A DNA stretch of 62,972 bases, filler included, from Reticulomyxa filosa (Eukaryota; Protista; Foraminifera): assembly GCA_000512085.1 (NCBI GenBank). It is 15 parts of 15 records of this genome, joined end to end, with 100 filler letters (N's around TTAATTAATTAA, not from the genome) between each part and the next. Parts side by side here need not be neighbours in the genome. Positions count along the whole stretch, not along the records: positions 1 to 28,707 come from ASPP01021653.1; 14 more parts are not named here. One strand, written 5' to 3'. Positions 1 to 13,500 of this stretch are shown here, piece after piece. Every line of letters begins with the position of its first letter. Within the stretch, counting starts at the first letter, position 1. The notes beneath the pieces are model-generated. The model saw only the letters and a list, made by a program, of their open reading frames with translations, was not told the DNA's origin and did no database searches. The position numbers and the translations under genes are program-made.

Positions 1-420
1 ATTATATAGGAAATATCGTGTCATTGTATGTCTTAGATTATAAGTACCTTCACAAATCCGATGTTGCTCTGTAAAGAAGAGATTTAATCCATGATTATTG
101 AGAAATGCCGATGATTTATGCTGTTGAATCAAATCTGGTTCAATTGCTAAGCTTTCTTGCGAGCATTATTTGCAACAAGATCCACTTTATCATTTCCAGG
201 AATACCAGAATGATCTTTAATCCAATATATCTCTGGAGCATTATCTTCATTAAATGATCTCAATATCTTCTGACAATCCATAATTGGCAATTTAAGAATC
301 CAATTTATTGAATATCGAAATGATCACTAACTTACAAATAAGTTAGAATAATCAATCTTCCACAATAAAAAAAATATATGTATGTATATCCCCTTGCATC
401 ATCATTGACTAACTAAAAGT
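1..420 (-). mobile_element. Degenerate non-LTR retrotransposon (LINE) fragment, RNase H domain
   Basis: The minus strand at ~170-235 reads EIYWIKDHSGIPGNDKVDLVA, matching the RNase HI C-terminal motif WVxGHxGIxGNExAD. Stops and frameshifts flank it. Boundaries are approximate. Confidence 0.75.
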
Positions 421-1078
421 CAACAGTTGTAAATGCCGGCGCGAAAGGGATTGGCAGAAATGCCAAAATACTTCCCCTCATCGCGACTAGTCATCTCATT
501 AACATGCGCTGATGCCGAACGCTCCCGCGCCAAAAGTACTCGAAGATCCAAAGGCTCCGAGCAAGGCCCGGAAAGCAACGAAAATACTTCCAAAGGCCCG
601 GAAACCAACAATAAAGAATGCTATTAAAAAAGATTTTTTATCACAATAAAAAAAAATTTTACTAAGTAACTAGTTATTTTGTGCTTGTTTTCCTTCAAAA
701 CAAAACTTTTTTTCAAGATCTTAATTCTCCTAAAAAAACAAAAATTAGTATATCATATCAATTATCTATGTTTAATAATATTTACTACCTCAAAAACTGT
801 CATATATTACAGTTACTGCAAAAATAATCAATTATTGCATTGTTATTAAGTATCAGTAAATAATTGTAAGTACAATATTAATGTAATTGTTCATACACTA
901 TATAAGAATACACATTTGCAACAACTTTATTTCTGTTTTTAAATAAAAAAGTAGAAGTAAATGTGCAATATCTTTCAGAAAGTTAGTCACATTGTCTATT
1001 TTTTATAGACAAGTTCTAGTGCTAATTAATTATTTGTCCTAGATTAAAAGTCTAAAGTCTTTAATGCATGATATATAA

Positions 1079-2645
1079 TCACATCTTTGAGTTTATCTGC
1101 TCAGAAAAATGAGATTTCAACGAACTGAATCTTTGTCCGATAGATAAGATTGTCTTTTCAGACACACAAAATGTAAAGCGTATGTATCCAAATTTGCCTC
1201 CCGTCAGCCCATTTTTGAAACTCCTGGCATTAGAGGTCGGCAAGTCAATGCATTTGGGATCGTCTTTAGCTCTATCTTCATCAAATTCGAAGAAGGCACT
1301 CATGGGTATGGTGGCGACGTTGATATTTTTATTTTGAATTAAATAGGCCACAAATTTCCAATCGGGAAGCAGTTCCGACTTTTCCAATGATAATAAATTT
1401 GAATGTGTGCTGCTGTCTGTCGTCTGCTCTTGGTACCTGTTAATGTACATGGATGCATCGGCGCATACAAAAAAAGTGCCCTGAGGCACAATGGGCTTCA
1501 TGTTGCAATTTTTGGATATCATTTCCACCAACAAGTTCCTTTTATTTTCGTACATCGATTTGAGCCACATGTAGTAGTTGTCGAATCCATCAAAAGGCTT
1601 GTCTGCTTCCTTCAAAGCATCAGCCAAGGCTTGCTGCAGCGGTGTGCACTGACACCATGTCTGTGTCCTGGTAATAAAGTTGATGGCCTGAATCAAATGT
1701 TTGGGTCCCACGCACCAGCCTATTCAAGTAATGTCAAATCAACACAAAGACAGGGACGTCGTGTGTTTGGCGCACTTGTTTTTGAATGCACACACCGATT
1801 TTCCATCCAGTGGCCGAAAAAGTCTTTGCAGCACTGGAAAGGGTCAGAGTACGCGCATACACGTCCGAATTGACAGCAGCAAAGTGGTAGTGCTTGTTGT
1901 TATCGTACACCAAGTACTCGTATACCTCGTCACACGCGATAATAACATCGGGAAAGTCTTTTAGAATGCTTGCAATTTGTTGCATTTCTTTCCACGACAT
2001 TACATACCCCGTTGGGTTATGCGGCGTGTTGAGTAATAACATCTTTGTTTTGCTGTTCAGCACTTTTTTGAGTGACATCGGATCAAATGTCCATCGCTGT
2101 TGGTTGGCAGACAATCTCAATGGCACCGTTTTGTGTACTCCTTGAGCTTGTGCAATCTGGAATTTGTAAAAGTCAAAATAAGGTTCCAACGTAATCACTT
2201 CGTCTCCGGGGTTTAAAAGCGCCTCGAAAATAGCGTTGCACCCACCACAACAGCCATTCGTTATTTGGATATTCTCTGGCGTCAATTGGATCTTATCTCT
2301 TATTTTACCAGGTTCGTTGTTCGATGCCAGAGATATTTGACCGTTAAATTTATTATTATAAATCCGTATCAACTCGTTCACCAAATTACCTTGACCTGTT
2401 GTTGCTGTGTACTGATTGAATTGATTAAATACTGCGTGCTGTGCTGCTTTTTTTAGAAAAATAGGACAGTCAATGCTTTCGTCAGGAAATCCTTGACCCA
2501 TATTTATGGCTTTGTGAGGGATACGCAAGCCGTTCACAAACGTCCACACGCTTTGTCCATACTCATAATTTAACCACAAACGATTCCAAGCCAACATTTT
2601 CTTTTGCTTTTCCTTCCATTCATCACTTTTTTGCTGCGTAGTCAT
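1079..2645 (-). CDS. Class I/II PLP-dependent aminotransferase, kynurenine-oxoglutarate/glutamine transaminase K type (2 exons)
   Basis: Motifs INMGQGFPD, LEPYFDFY, LNTPHNPTG and DEVYE are present. The PLP-lysine motif SAAKTFSATGWKIGW is restored by a GT-AG intron at 1720-1795. The C-terminus has YIRFTFC. ATG is at 2645. Confidence 0.93.
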
Positions 2646-3682
2646 GTTTAACAATTAAATCAAGGGGATAAATTAACTAAAGCAAACAACAAAAAAACTT
2701 TAGAAAAAAACTACAGTACACTGCCGTCTTACGTTGTTTTACTCAAAAAAGACCTTAACAAAAATTATTTAAGCTATAATTTACCAAAAATGTTTGAACT
2801 ATGTAGCGGCAGTATCATGATACATCTTCTGTCAAATAAATATAAACAAGTTATCTGTTCCAGTTTATTTGTAACTTGTGTTCTATATTTCAAACTTAAT
2901 ATCGTGTCAAAGACGTGCTGATTGCTGTTTGCAGTCTTTGTCTTAATTTTTAAAACCTTCTTCAACACTGCTTAGCAAAGAATGTTTACTTTGCTAATGA
3001 AAATATGACATAGTGAGCTGAAAAGATAGCAATGCTTTCCTTCTTCTATTTATCGAGATACTTCTGCCCCGATCGTGTGCTTCTAGATCAAAAGTGTTAT
3101 CGTTGGAATGAGTGTTAATTGAAAAATTACAATACAAATTTTGATCTTTAAAAAGCAACAAAAAAATTTAATTCAATAGTATTAAAAAGCAAATACAACT
3201 GGAAAAAAAGAAATAAACAAAAAAAAATTAGGTTTAAATGTTTATTTTTTATGGGGAAATCGATAATCTTCATGAGTAGGCATTTTATGTGTTCAGTTTT
3301 TTCTGTTGTTTAGCGGGTATATCTATTCTGCTCGTTTTCAGAAAAAGAAAAAAGGTGTATGAGTTTTAATAAATGAAACAATTTTTTCATAATTCTGTGA
3401 AACAAAAATAAGTCAAAAATTAAATATTTTTGAAATGTTGATTTTTCATGAAATTTTTATTATTTAAATTTCACAAGTTTTTTGAGATTCGTGTACAATA
3501 TTGGTATGTGTTTTTTTTTGCACATTTGAAGCCAGGATATCATCACGATCGTTTCGAAGGATTGAATTCAACCAAGACAAATATACTGAGGTTTGCAAGG
3601 TACTTAAAAATGGAACCTTATTAAAGAAATGGAAAAGGTAAAAAAAGAAAAAAGTACTGTTTGCAAAAGATGGAAAAGACTC

Positions 3683-4975
3683 TCAGGTGGTAGTACAAAT
3701 CGAGTGAAAAGGCCGAATGAATGGTGGATGATGATGAAGAACACGGATAATTGGCGGAAGTGAACCGAATAACATGCCTTCGAATTGTAGTATTTGATCA
3801 CATTCAAAGCATTTAATTTCAAATAAATCATGATAAGACCATAGCAAACACGATATAGCATGGATCGACAACAAAGTGCGATGAACACCTTTTTTGGCAA
3901 TAGTGTCGTTATAACACCATTTGATGCACCAATTCTGAATGAAATCAATGTTATCTGTTTCCATAAATTCGGCATGGCTAGCATTCAATTGTTCAACAAA
4001 CGTTTCAAAATGTTGATTTAATTTGTCAAACACTCTGCTTTTATTTGATAGTTTGTTTACTTTTTTTTCGATATGCATTTCTGATTCAGATTCTAATTCT
4101 AAATCAGCCCTTTCCAAGTTTTGGTCCTTCATTTCTGCTTTCACTTTTTTTCCACTTTCCTCAGAATCCTTTCCCATTTGTGTTTGTATTTCTGTCTTGC
4201 TTTCAGTATTTTCTATTTCTTGGCATTCCTCTTCTTCACGTCCAAAAGCAAAGATACTTTTGATAAGAGAAAGATTTTTATGGTTGGAATCATTGTGTTT
4301 TTTTTTGTTGATATTCTTAATTAAATCAAAGAGATTATTCAAATGAACAATTACTGTGAATTCTTTGCAATTCTTTTTTCCAATGGAATATTTCAATTGG
4401 GTTATCTGAGATGCTTTTGTTGTTATTTTATATTTGCATTCTAAAAATAGGTTTTGATTCAGTGCATTTAATTCAATACTATAATTTTGTAGATCTTTGT
4501 TACTGAGAAGGTTGATTTTTTTTATTATTATTTCCTGTTATCAGACTATTCAGCTCATTTCTATATTATCAATGTGTACATATATATTGATAATTGGAAT
4601 GTCTTTATTTTTTTATGAATTGTGACAAACTTTGGGAAAAATGAATGAACAAATTGTAGTGGCTTTGGTGCTTTCCATAATGTTGCTGAAGATGACACAC
4701 TCTGACGATTGGATATCACGTTTGTTGTTAACAATAATTTAATTTTATCCATATGTTTTTTTGTTTGTTTATAATGCTTTGACATAGTGTCTATCACTTC
4801 GACATAATCCAATCCTTCTTTTGGTGTACTTTCACTTGTTTCTTGTCTTTTGTCACTACTATTGCTACTTCTTCCGAAACTTTCAAATAATTTTTCTACC
4901 TCTTTTCTCGCTGCTCGCACCTTTGTTTTTTCCCCATCGTTCCTTTTGTGTCAGCTTTTTTTGTAAGTTGTTCAT
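3683..4975 (-). CDS. MED27: Mediator complex subunit 27 homolog (multi-exon, two apparent 1-nt frameshifts in homopolymers)
   Basis: The C-terminus LWSYHDLFEIKCFECDQILQ...LPPIIR...PFHSIC matches the Med27 Zn motif (SY..LF..PC..C...L....LPP.WR.....FH..C). SRVFDKLNQH and the N-terminal VRAARKEVEKLF also fit. Joining the ORFs needs intron(s) plus frameshifts near 4930 and 4520. Confidence 0.75.
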
Positions 4976-5490
4976 TACCAACAAAAAATAAAAATAACCT
5001 CTATCTGAATATTCTCAAGGTGTTCCAATTTCATATCAATGTCTTGGCAGTGAATCATTTTTGTTTTATTGTTACAGATGACGCAAAACCAATATTTCAC
5101 CCTTTTCGTTTTTCTCTTCAAAGGATATACTTTGTTTACAAATGTGATCGATTTTTTATGTGCTTTCAAATACAAGTCAAATCTTAATTTATTATAAATT
5201 TTTAATATTTTGAAAGTCAATTTTAGAAAAAAAGGCATTTCTAAAAATTGGATGTTACGACTTCTTATCTTTTTGTAATAGTCAATATTTTCTTTGTTAA
5301 TTGATCTAAATTGAGCCACTTTTTCAGTGGCAAAGCGTGTCATATTACCGTATAAAAAATAAAAGTAAAATTCAACAGTGTAGTTTAGCATATTTCTAAA
5401 AACAGGAAAAGAGTAAACAAAAAAACAAGTATGCAACTTTATTTTTGGAAAAGAAAGATAGTTTAAATCGGATCTGACAAAAGGATAAGC

Positions 5491-6969
5491 ATGCTAAACT
5501 TAGGGGATAGTTTGACATCACCCATTTCCTCGCCTCAGTGTTTGTCGTCTCCTTCAAGCGCGGAAGAAGAGCCTGCCAAACTAAAAGACGTGGACAATTC
5601 ATTGTCCAATAGTCCAAGACATCGGAGTACTATAACTCCATTGATACCGTCAGAAATGCTTGACATTGCAACATGCACTACACCGCCTGGGATTAAACCA
5701 GCCATTCCCCATCCACAAACACTACATAAGATGCTGCAAACGGTGCCATTAAGTTCACATGAAAATGGGCAACTACCTCCCTTTCCAATGTCGCCTCATT
5801 CAAAACAAACACCAGAAAGTCTTTTGCCAGTTGTAACCAAAAATTTGCAAGATGAAAAATTGAAGATAAAGAGAAAGCCCTTTTCTATCATTCGATTAGA
5901 ATCAAATACAAGTAGCACCCCCACACCATTATCCATGAAGCCGGTAACAATCCCATTGTTTGGTAGTGATGACGAGCGCCCTTCAAGACGACGCCACACG
6001 AATGCGATCAATAGAACCAAGTTTCTCTTTCGAAATGCCACCGATTCAAAGAATATTTTTCGTCGAGCAAAACATAGTGCTCACGATATTAATGACACTA
6101 AAAAACTCCTTTGGCAAATTATAGACATTCGTGGCATGCAGCCAATCAAAAAGAAAGCTTTTAATAAAAACGCAGAACTGGGGAAATATGATGAAAAAAA
6201 AGATGATAAATGGGAAAAACCAACAAGTTGTTGGTTTCGTTGCCAATATCAAAAAGCTTTGGTATTGACAGCGTGTGATGTACTGGAGCATTACTTTCAT
6301 CCCATTGATCCCAGGCTGTGAAGCATAATTGCTTTGGTGCTTATGTGTATGGAAGTCATGTTATATTATTTGTAAACTTTCAAGAGTCTTCATTTGTCAA
6401 CAGTAGTGCTTTAAGTGGTTTATCTTCTGTTCGATTTATTCACCATTTGGCCAGACAAGAGTTTCCGAATGGAGCTGAGTCAGCTTCCTTGTTTGATTGG
6501 GACAATTGCTACACGCACTTTGAATGGTTCGATTCTGTTTGCTATTTTTATTTTGAAAAAATAAGTGATGTTTTTATTTAATAGTGTGACGACCAAGGCA
6601 TTAGACATAGCAAAATGTCTAACCTACTTGGATGCAATCAACCATTTAAATCGAAGAAATGATGAAAAAATGAACTCTCCAAATGAATGGGAAAGCTACA
6701 AAGGGACACTAATTCGCTTGCAGCATCACGAAAGCAATGATCACGTATCTATATCTTCACCTACACAAAACGATTGCTATTATACTTTTCTTCCTTTACA
6801 TGAAATTATCAAAACCAAGACCAAGCATGGTGGTAATGAATTGGTTCACAAAATCATCACTGAACCACGGGCTAATCGTACATGGAACTATTTGATCCAA
6901 AGCAGAGGTGAATACCATAATAAACGCAAAGGATATCTTTCTTTACCAAAAGCAATTGTTACAAACTGA
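5491..6969 (+). CDS. Hypothetical protein, Ser/Pro-rich N-terminus, about 3 exons
   Basis: Three consecutive ORFs (5491-6321, 6318-6581, 6565-6969) can be joined by short AT-rich GT-AG introns. No family recognised. Confidence 0.65.
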
Positions 6970-7507
6970 TGAATATGGATTTTTGCTTATCCAAAAAAAG
7001 AGTGTTATGGACAGTTTTTTTAGTTTTTGGTTGGTTGTTTTAGTTGAGATTAGTTAATTTATTTTAAAAATAATATATATTGTTTTATATATTGTTTTTA
7101 TAATTTACTATCGTAAATATATTTGAAACGGTCAATACGACGCAACCAAAGAAATTCATGGAATCCTGTTTTTCAACGTTATTGCATTGTGAAAATCTGC
7201 ACAGAGATTTTTTGTAATGACAGTGCCGTTAGTCATCACTTAAGAAAGGAAAGTAAGGTTTACAAGTGTACACATTCTACTCAACAACAAATTTAAAAAA
7301 ACACTGAAAAAAGTTAAAAAATGTCACAGTGCACTCGATTTGTCGGTGCAAAGCAAAGAAAGGAAGGAAAACCAAACAACTTTTTATTTAAGAATGGTGA
7401 GACGGCACGTTTCCAGATATTTGCGAATGGAAAGTGTTTGAAAAGTTAGGCCTACAGAAAAATCAATAGGCAAACTAAGAATTGGCTTGATTGTTTGTGT
7501 ACCGTTG

Positions 7508-10500
7508 TTAAGGCATTGTAATTTTTCCCTCTTCCACGAGACGTTTATATCGATCTGATGTCATAAACTCCGGGAAGACGCGTGATATGAGATCCGATTT
7601 TACTTCTTGCCTGGCTTTATCCAATAAATCTTCTGGCAACAAATCACTCTTCTTTGTTTGAACAAAGCTTTTCATTGCTTCATGCCGTGTAGTTCCTTGG
7701 ATAGTTTCCAAAAACTTTGGACTTTCAGGCTGTAATCAAAACGTATCCAGTTATTTGTATTTCCAAACTAAAAAAAAAAAGACAACTGACCAAGAAAAAA
7801 GTTTCGATGATCAATTTTGCGTTGTCTCGTTGCGATCTAGGATTACAGGCGGGATCCTTGCAAAAAATTTTGTACTGATTTGCCATTAAATAGAATTCGA
7901 GCAACTTGTAGTCACCACTTTTCCTATAGTAGTTTGAACACGTAATTGTCTACTATCATTCAAAAATTAGAGAAAGAAAAGTTGGAACTAACTTTTTTAA
8001 GTATTTCAGTAATACGCGAAGCAAGTTGGTATCTTCCAAAAACGTGGACAAATCTCCAACAGGGACACTGTCAGCACCAGATTGCGCCTTTGCTGGTGCA
8101 ACATTATTGCTTGACGACGCAGGAACAGGTTTTATTTGCTTGTTGGCAATCGTACCGTCAGTATTGAGCATACCACTCCCAGACACAGCCTCTTTTTCTC
8201 CTTCACTTCCAGTTTCGACTTGTTGTGGCCTGGCAACTCTCGAATCACGTCCACTTAGATCCGCCGGGGGAATGAAAATATCTGTTTCATTTTCATCACC
8301 TTTCGTTAGCTCTACCACTTCACGTTTTGAATTCTCTTTGACAACGTTTGACTTGTCACTTTGTGGATCAAGAGATTTGGACTCTCTACGGTTTTGCGCC
8401 CTTGATTTTAAATCCTGAGCGCTTCCATTAAGTGAAGTCTTACTTGTACCAACCGCAGATTCTCGTTTTTGTTGAATAAGTATCTGTTCTCGAAATTGTC
8501 GATTTGCACTAGGCATAATTCCACCTTGTTCCAGAACATCACTTTCTTTGTAAGAGGCAATTCGAATAATAGGCCCTTGATTTTCGGTTTCATTTGAAAT
8601 ATTTCTAAGCCTACTGTTATCTTTTTGAATCGTTGCATTTTCTTTTTTTTCTTCTTTTTGTTCTTTCGCCTCTTCTTCTTCCTCTTCCTCCTCTTCTTCT
8701 TCGTTATTGCGTTCTTCGGAGTCTTCGTATTCGAGGTCGTTCTGTTCTTTCAGTTTTTGCAATTGTGCACCGCCTAATGTATGGACTCGTGAATGAGTAC
8801 CGTCATTTCCTCCAACTCCTGCAATCTTTTTCATTACTTCTTCTATTTTTTTTTTTTTTTTTTTTGATATTGTTAAATGTTTTGGTTGCTTGTATGTGTG
8901 TAGTAGGAAAATAACCTTTGTATTGTTTTTCGGTAGTTTCGTCTTTTTTATCCGGTACATTATTTTGGGATGACTTGTCCTTTTCTGGCAATTTTTTATC
9001 GCCACTGACGTTGGCCAAAACATTGCTCTCGCTGAGCACGACTTGAAGACGACCGCCGTCCTCAACATTATCATCCATGTCCGACACATTGCTGCTTTGC
9101 ATTTGATGCAAAATGGGTTTCAGCATTTGGTCTTTCGATGCCTCTCTTTGTATTGGTACGCTTTGTGATGGAGATTTCTGTGGACTAGACACAGATCGTT
9201 GCAACTTCAGGTTGTTTTCAGCAGAAGCGGCTTCGCTGCGTGCGTCTTTGGGCTCCATCATTAACAAACGATGTAACTGTGCGGCACATCAAACACAAAA
9301 TAAAAGATCGAGTCATGAGATTGGACACAAAGAGAAGGAAAAAAAAATCCTTTTCCTTTCCAAAATGGACCGAACTTTGGGATCGATCTTCATATCGTCT
9401 GGATACTTGGCAATTATTTTTGTTGCTTTTTCCAAAATTTGTGACAAGTTAGACAGTGTTGAAGACATGCCGTCTTCAAACAAATCATGTTCGTGTTTGA
9501 AGGGTGGGTACAAGTTGCTTTGCTGAAGTCGGACCGAACACAAACACAAAAGCCGATTCAAGAGACATAAAAGAAGCACATGTGATGATAAAAAAAGGTA
9601 AAATAAAAACATACCATAACACGTGACTTGTGTGCTGTAGCTTTGTATTCATTTTTGGTTAATAGCAACACAAACTCATGTGCTGCTTGTGCCACCGTTT
9701 CATTATCACAAGATGTAAGAGCCACACACTTTGCAAATGTGTCATCAAAGCACTATAGTTGTGTAATACATACATTTGCATTTTTTGTGGTTTTCAATTT
9801 TTTTTTTAATAAATAAAAACCAAACTGAAATTACTTCTTGAAATACACTTAATTGCTTGCATTGCTTTAGCAATCGCGGAACAAACAACTGAAGAGCTTG
9901 GATGCATCCCAATTTTTGCAAGTTGTCACCAATGTCCAAACAAATTGCAAACACTCGAGCCAAAGTAGCGGCTTGTGAGGGTATAAACAAATCGATTAAT
10001 GCTTGACAAAAGTCCCCCAACGCGTGATGGATCGATGGCTCTTCAGATGTCAAGCATGCTTTCAATGTGTTGGCAATATGAGTGATGACATCGTAAATCT
10101 ACATTTCAAAAGAAAATAATTTTTGTATTGCTTTTATTTTATTTGTTCGCTCTATCCTCCAAAAAAAATTTTAAAAAGTAGGATCAAAGTAACTGAAACA
10201 TAAATAGATCTGAAATTACTATCAATTTTGGACCAACTGGGCACTGGATATTTGGACAAATGATCCTGGTTATCAAAATCGATGGTTCCTAAATTGACAT
10301 TTTCTTCTACAATGTTTTGCTGCAGATATAATGCTAATAATGTGAACATTCGTGCATTCTTTTCTCTCAATTTCTTTCCAACTTCGGCTCGCCTTCATTC
10401 GTAAGCGTGTGTATATGTTAGATATAAGTATATGTTTTCATTTACACACGTGCGGAAGAATATGCATGCACAGAACTTTCTTAAAATTTCAGCCCTTTCA

Positions 10501-13500
10501 ATGGGATCAACGGTGTCCAGTTCGTCTTGGTCATCATCCTCAGAGGCTTCAATATGCAACAAATCGTTGGGGTTTTTGCCATCGACAGATACTCCATTTC
10601 TGTCCACATATTTGGTATTGTGGCTGTCTTTGAACCCGGCAATGTGGTGTCCTAATTGGTCCATTGAAAAGTACTGAGGATGCAGCACAGCACAAGCGTA
10701 TGGAAGGAAGAAGGCGATGTTTGCAGGCACACGCGAATGCACATTACGATCGTGTAACACGTCACAGCGCACCAGCCAACAGCAGGTCAATATCATCATC
10801 GCATCCACAGACAAAGGAACTGGGGAAGACTCTCCGATCGAATATGTCAAAGAGGAAAGCAGCCGTTCTTGAATGCCTTGGAAATTGGGTTGTAATGTTT
10901 TGTACAAGTCCCAAAACATTGTCAATGATCCACTGTCTTTGCGGATACGCGTGCCATCTGCGTTTTTGGCATGTTGGAAGAGCCATGTGATCCATTCTTT
11001 ATGGGCCATTACATGATACAGTAACTATTTTTCCAATATTCAAACGTGCCGTCGTGTCAACATTTTTTTTTTTTTTTTTTAAAAAAAAAAATAGACGCAA
11101 CTCTTCTTGAAGCAATCTGTACTGATGCGGCTCGACACTGCAACAACGATAAGGCAACCCAAAAGATGACCAGGATAACACGGAACAGTGATTTGGACCA
11201 TTCTTTCTTTGTTTGTACAATGATCGTCAACGTTTCAATGGCACGGACGGCCAGTAACAAATCGTTGTCGGCTCGCATGTACCTTTGTTCAGGAGGTTGG
11301 GAGCTCCAAAATGTTTCGCTGGCCTTTAATCCACGGATAATTGTTTGCAAAATCATAGTGACGACTTTCAAAGTCAAAGGCTCGGCGACAATGCAATATA
11401 AGCGTAATGCTCGACTGGCAATTTGTCGTGCTTTGAACACGGTGCCGTGATCGGACAAGTCAACTTCGACAGTGGCCCATTGCAAACAGCGCATTCCCCA
11501 TGCCGTGGCAGCTTCTTTCGATCCATATCGTAGTTTAAAACACGCGTACATCAATCGACTCAAATCGTCGACGTAAAGCGTAGTCTTTCTTGCGAACCAT
11601 CTTTGCAAATTCAAACGCGTGCCTCCATTTGCAGTGAATATAAGTTCGACTTCTCGGTTTATCTCTTCGGTCGTCCAAGGCTCCGAATCTGTGATAGGCT
11701 GTTCATTCCATTGGAATTGATACGTGCGACGATCTCGCAGCCACATTGCCAATTGAATGACTTCATCATCCACACTAATACGTGGAGGTATCAAGGCCAC
11801 AAACAAATGGGAGAGCAATTCTGCGTTTGGATTTGCCAATTGCTCCATCGGCTTTGCAAGGAACAGCAGCGAGTGAGTCATTATCAATGGCAACGCGCAG
11901 CGAATGCGTTGGATATCTGCACGCACATATTATCAAGTAAGTAATATAGTTTATTGTATCGATATGTGTACTCATTGTTTTAATCGACATATCCAAAAAA
12001 CAACAAAAAAAAAAAAAAAACAAAACTTCGAATAATAAGTGAGGAAACCCATCGTATGACCACCTCGGTCACTAAATGAGCATATTGTCCTCCGCCCAAC
12101 TGCAATGAACTATCGACGTACTCGTTCTGATCTTCTCGGACAATCTGCACATGATCCGGATTCGGCAGCACCCGACCACCCAATCCACAGCCGACATTGA
12201 GTATTTGCAACAGACTCGACAACACGGATTCGGGATGGGTGACAAATATTTGTCGCAAAATGTTTTCGCACATCAGAATGAATTGTTCCGGCGTCAACAG
12301 ACCTCGACGCATGTCTGCGATGTGGGCCAGACTGGGACGTGTTACGCCTCCCGTGTCTCTTGTTTGGTCCAATTCTCGCGAGGATTTGCTCTTGGCGACC
12401 ACATTGAACAACGACTTGGATTTGTGTCGGGTTTGTAATAGCAGTTCGTCTTGCAAGGCTTGCTTGGCTGTCGCTTCCATGTTTGCAATCTCTTTCATAT
12501 CTTGTTGATAGCCCTCGTATCGACCAATGACAGTGCGAATCAAAAACCGCACGGCATCGTCGATGTTCTTGGGCTCGGGATGGGACATCAATGTGGTGTT
12601 GTTCGTCAACACTGCGTGCCAAATGCGATGGAACTGCGTGTCGATTTCCGGTCTTCGTTCGTGTCCGAATCTCAGCGTCAAATTGAGCAATCGTTCCATG
12701 TACAACCCGATGTTGCTGGAACTGTGCAAAGGAGCATTCGCAAACCATGGCAACGCGATTTGCAGCAGATTGTGGACCAAAGTCAAGTGGTTATCTTGCA
12801 CAATCGGCGACAAAGCCTCTTGTTGTTCTAAATCGTTCATTCTTGTCGCCATTTCTTCCAATATCTGCAACACGTGGTGGACAATGGCATGCGAAGTTTC
12901 ACTCGATGCCGCATTCGCAAATAAAATGGAGATTTGCATTGCCGTGTGTCTCACATCGCGGATATCCAAGGACTGCAAGCCCATTCGAAGTTCGAACAAC
13001 TGGTCCAAGGGCTCATCAGAATGACATAGCTTTTTGGCCAATTTGTAGAGCAGCGCAAATGCGCGACGACTCATATTTATCGCATGCATAATGTCGTCCG
13101 CCACTCGAACAGCGATAATCGATTCCGTCCGAGAATAGCCCCCGTCTTGCATGTCCGGATCCGCTTTCTTGTTGGAAGATGCCAAGGCTATTCCCTGGGC
13201 AATCAATGTCGGTGAAAGCAGTTTCGGACGCGAAATGTGTTGACTTCCTTCCTCCTCCGCGTATGCCACGGCTTGCTGCATGTCTTGAGTGGATAGACTC
13301 ACGGGCAAAGACAAGGAATAAATGGACCCGTAATTATCGGATGGAATGCCTCGCAGAGTGACCAAGGAGGACGCATCTCTTTGATGTTGCGCAATGTTCT
13401 TGCCGTTCAGAATTACCTGTCGATCGACAAATGGGATTAGAAACATTAAACAAAACACAGCGAGTTGTTTGTGGATATCATTTGCATTCGCGTCAACATC

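Noticed and set aside
4975-5436. 153-aa ORF with a CxxC upstream of MED27
   Set aside because: It has K/F/I-rich, AT-biased composition and lies in a divergent promoter region; probably spurious.
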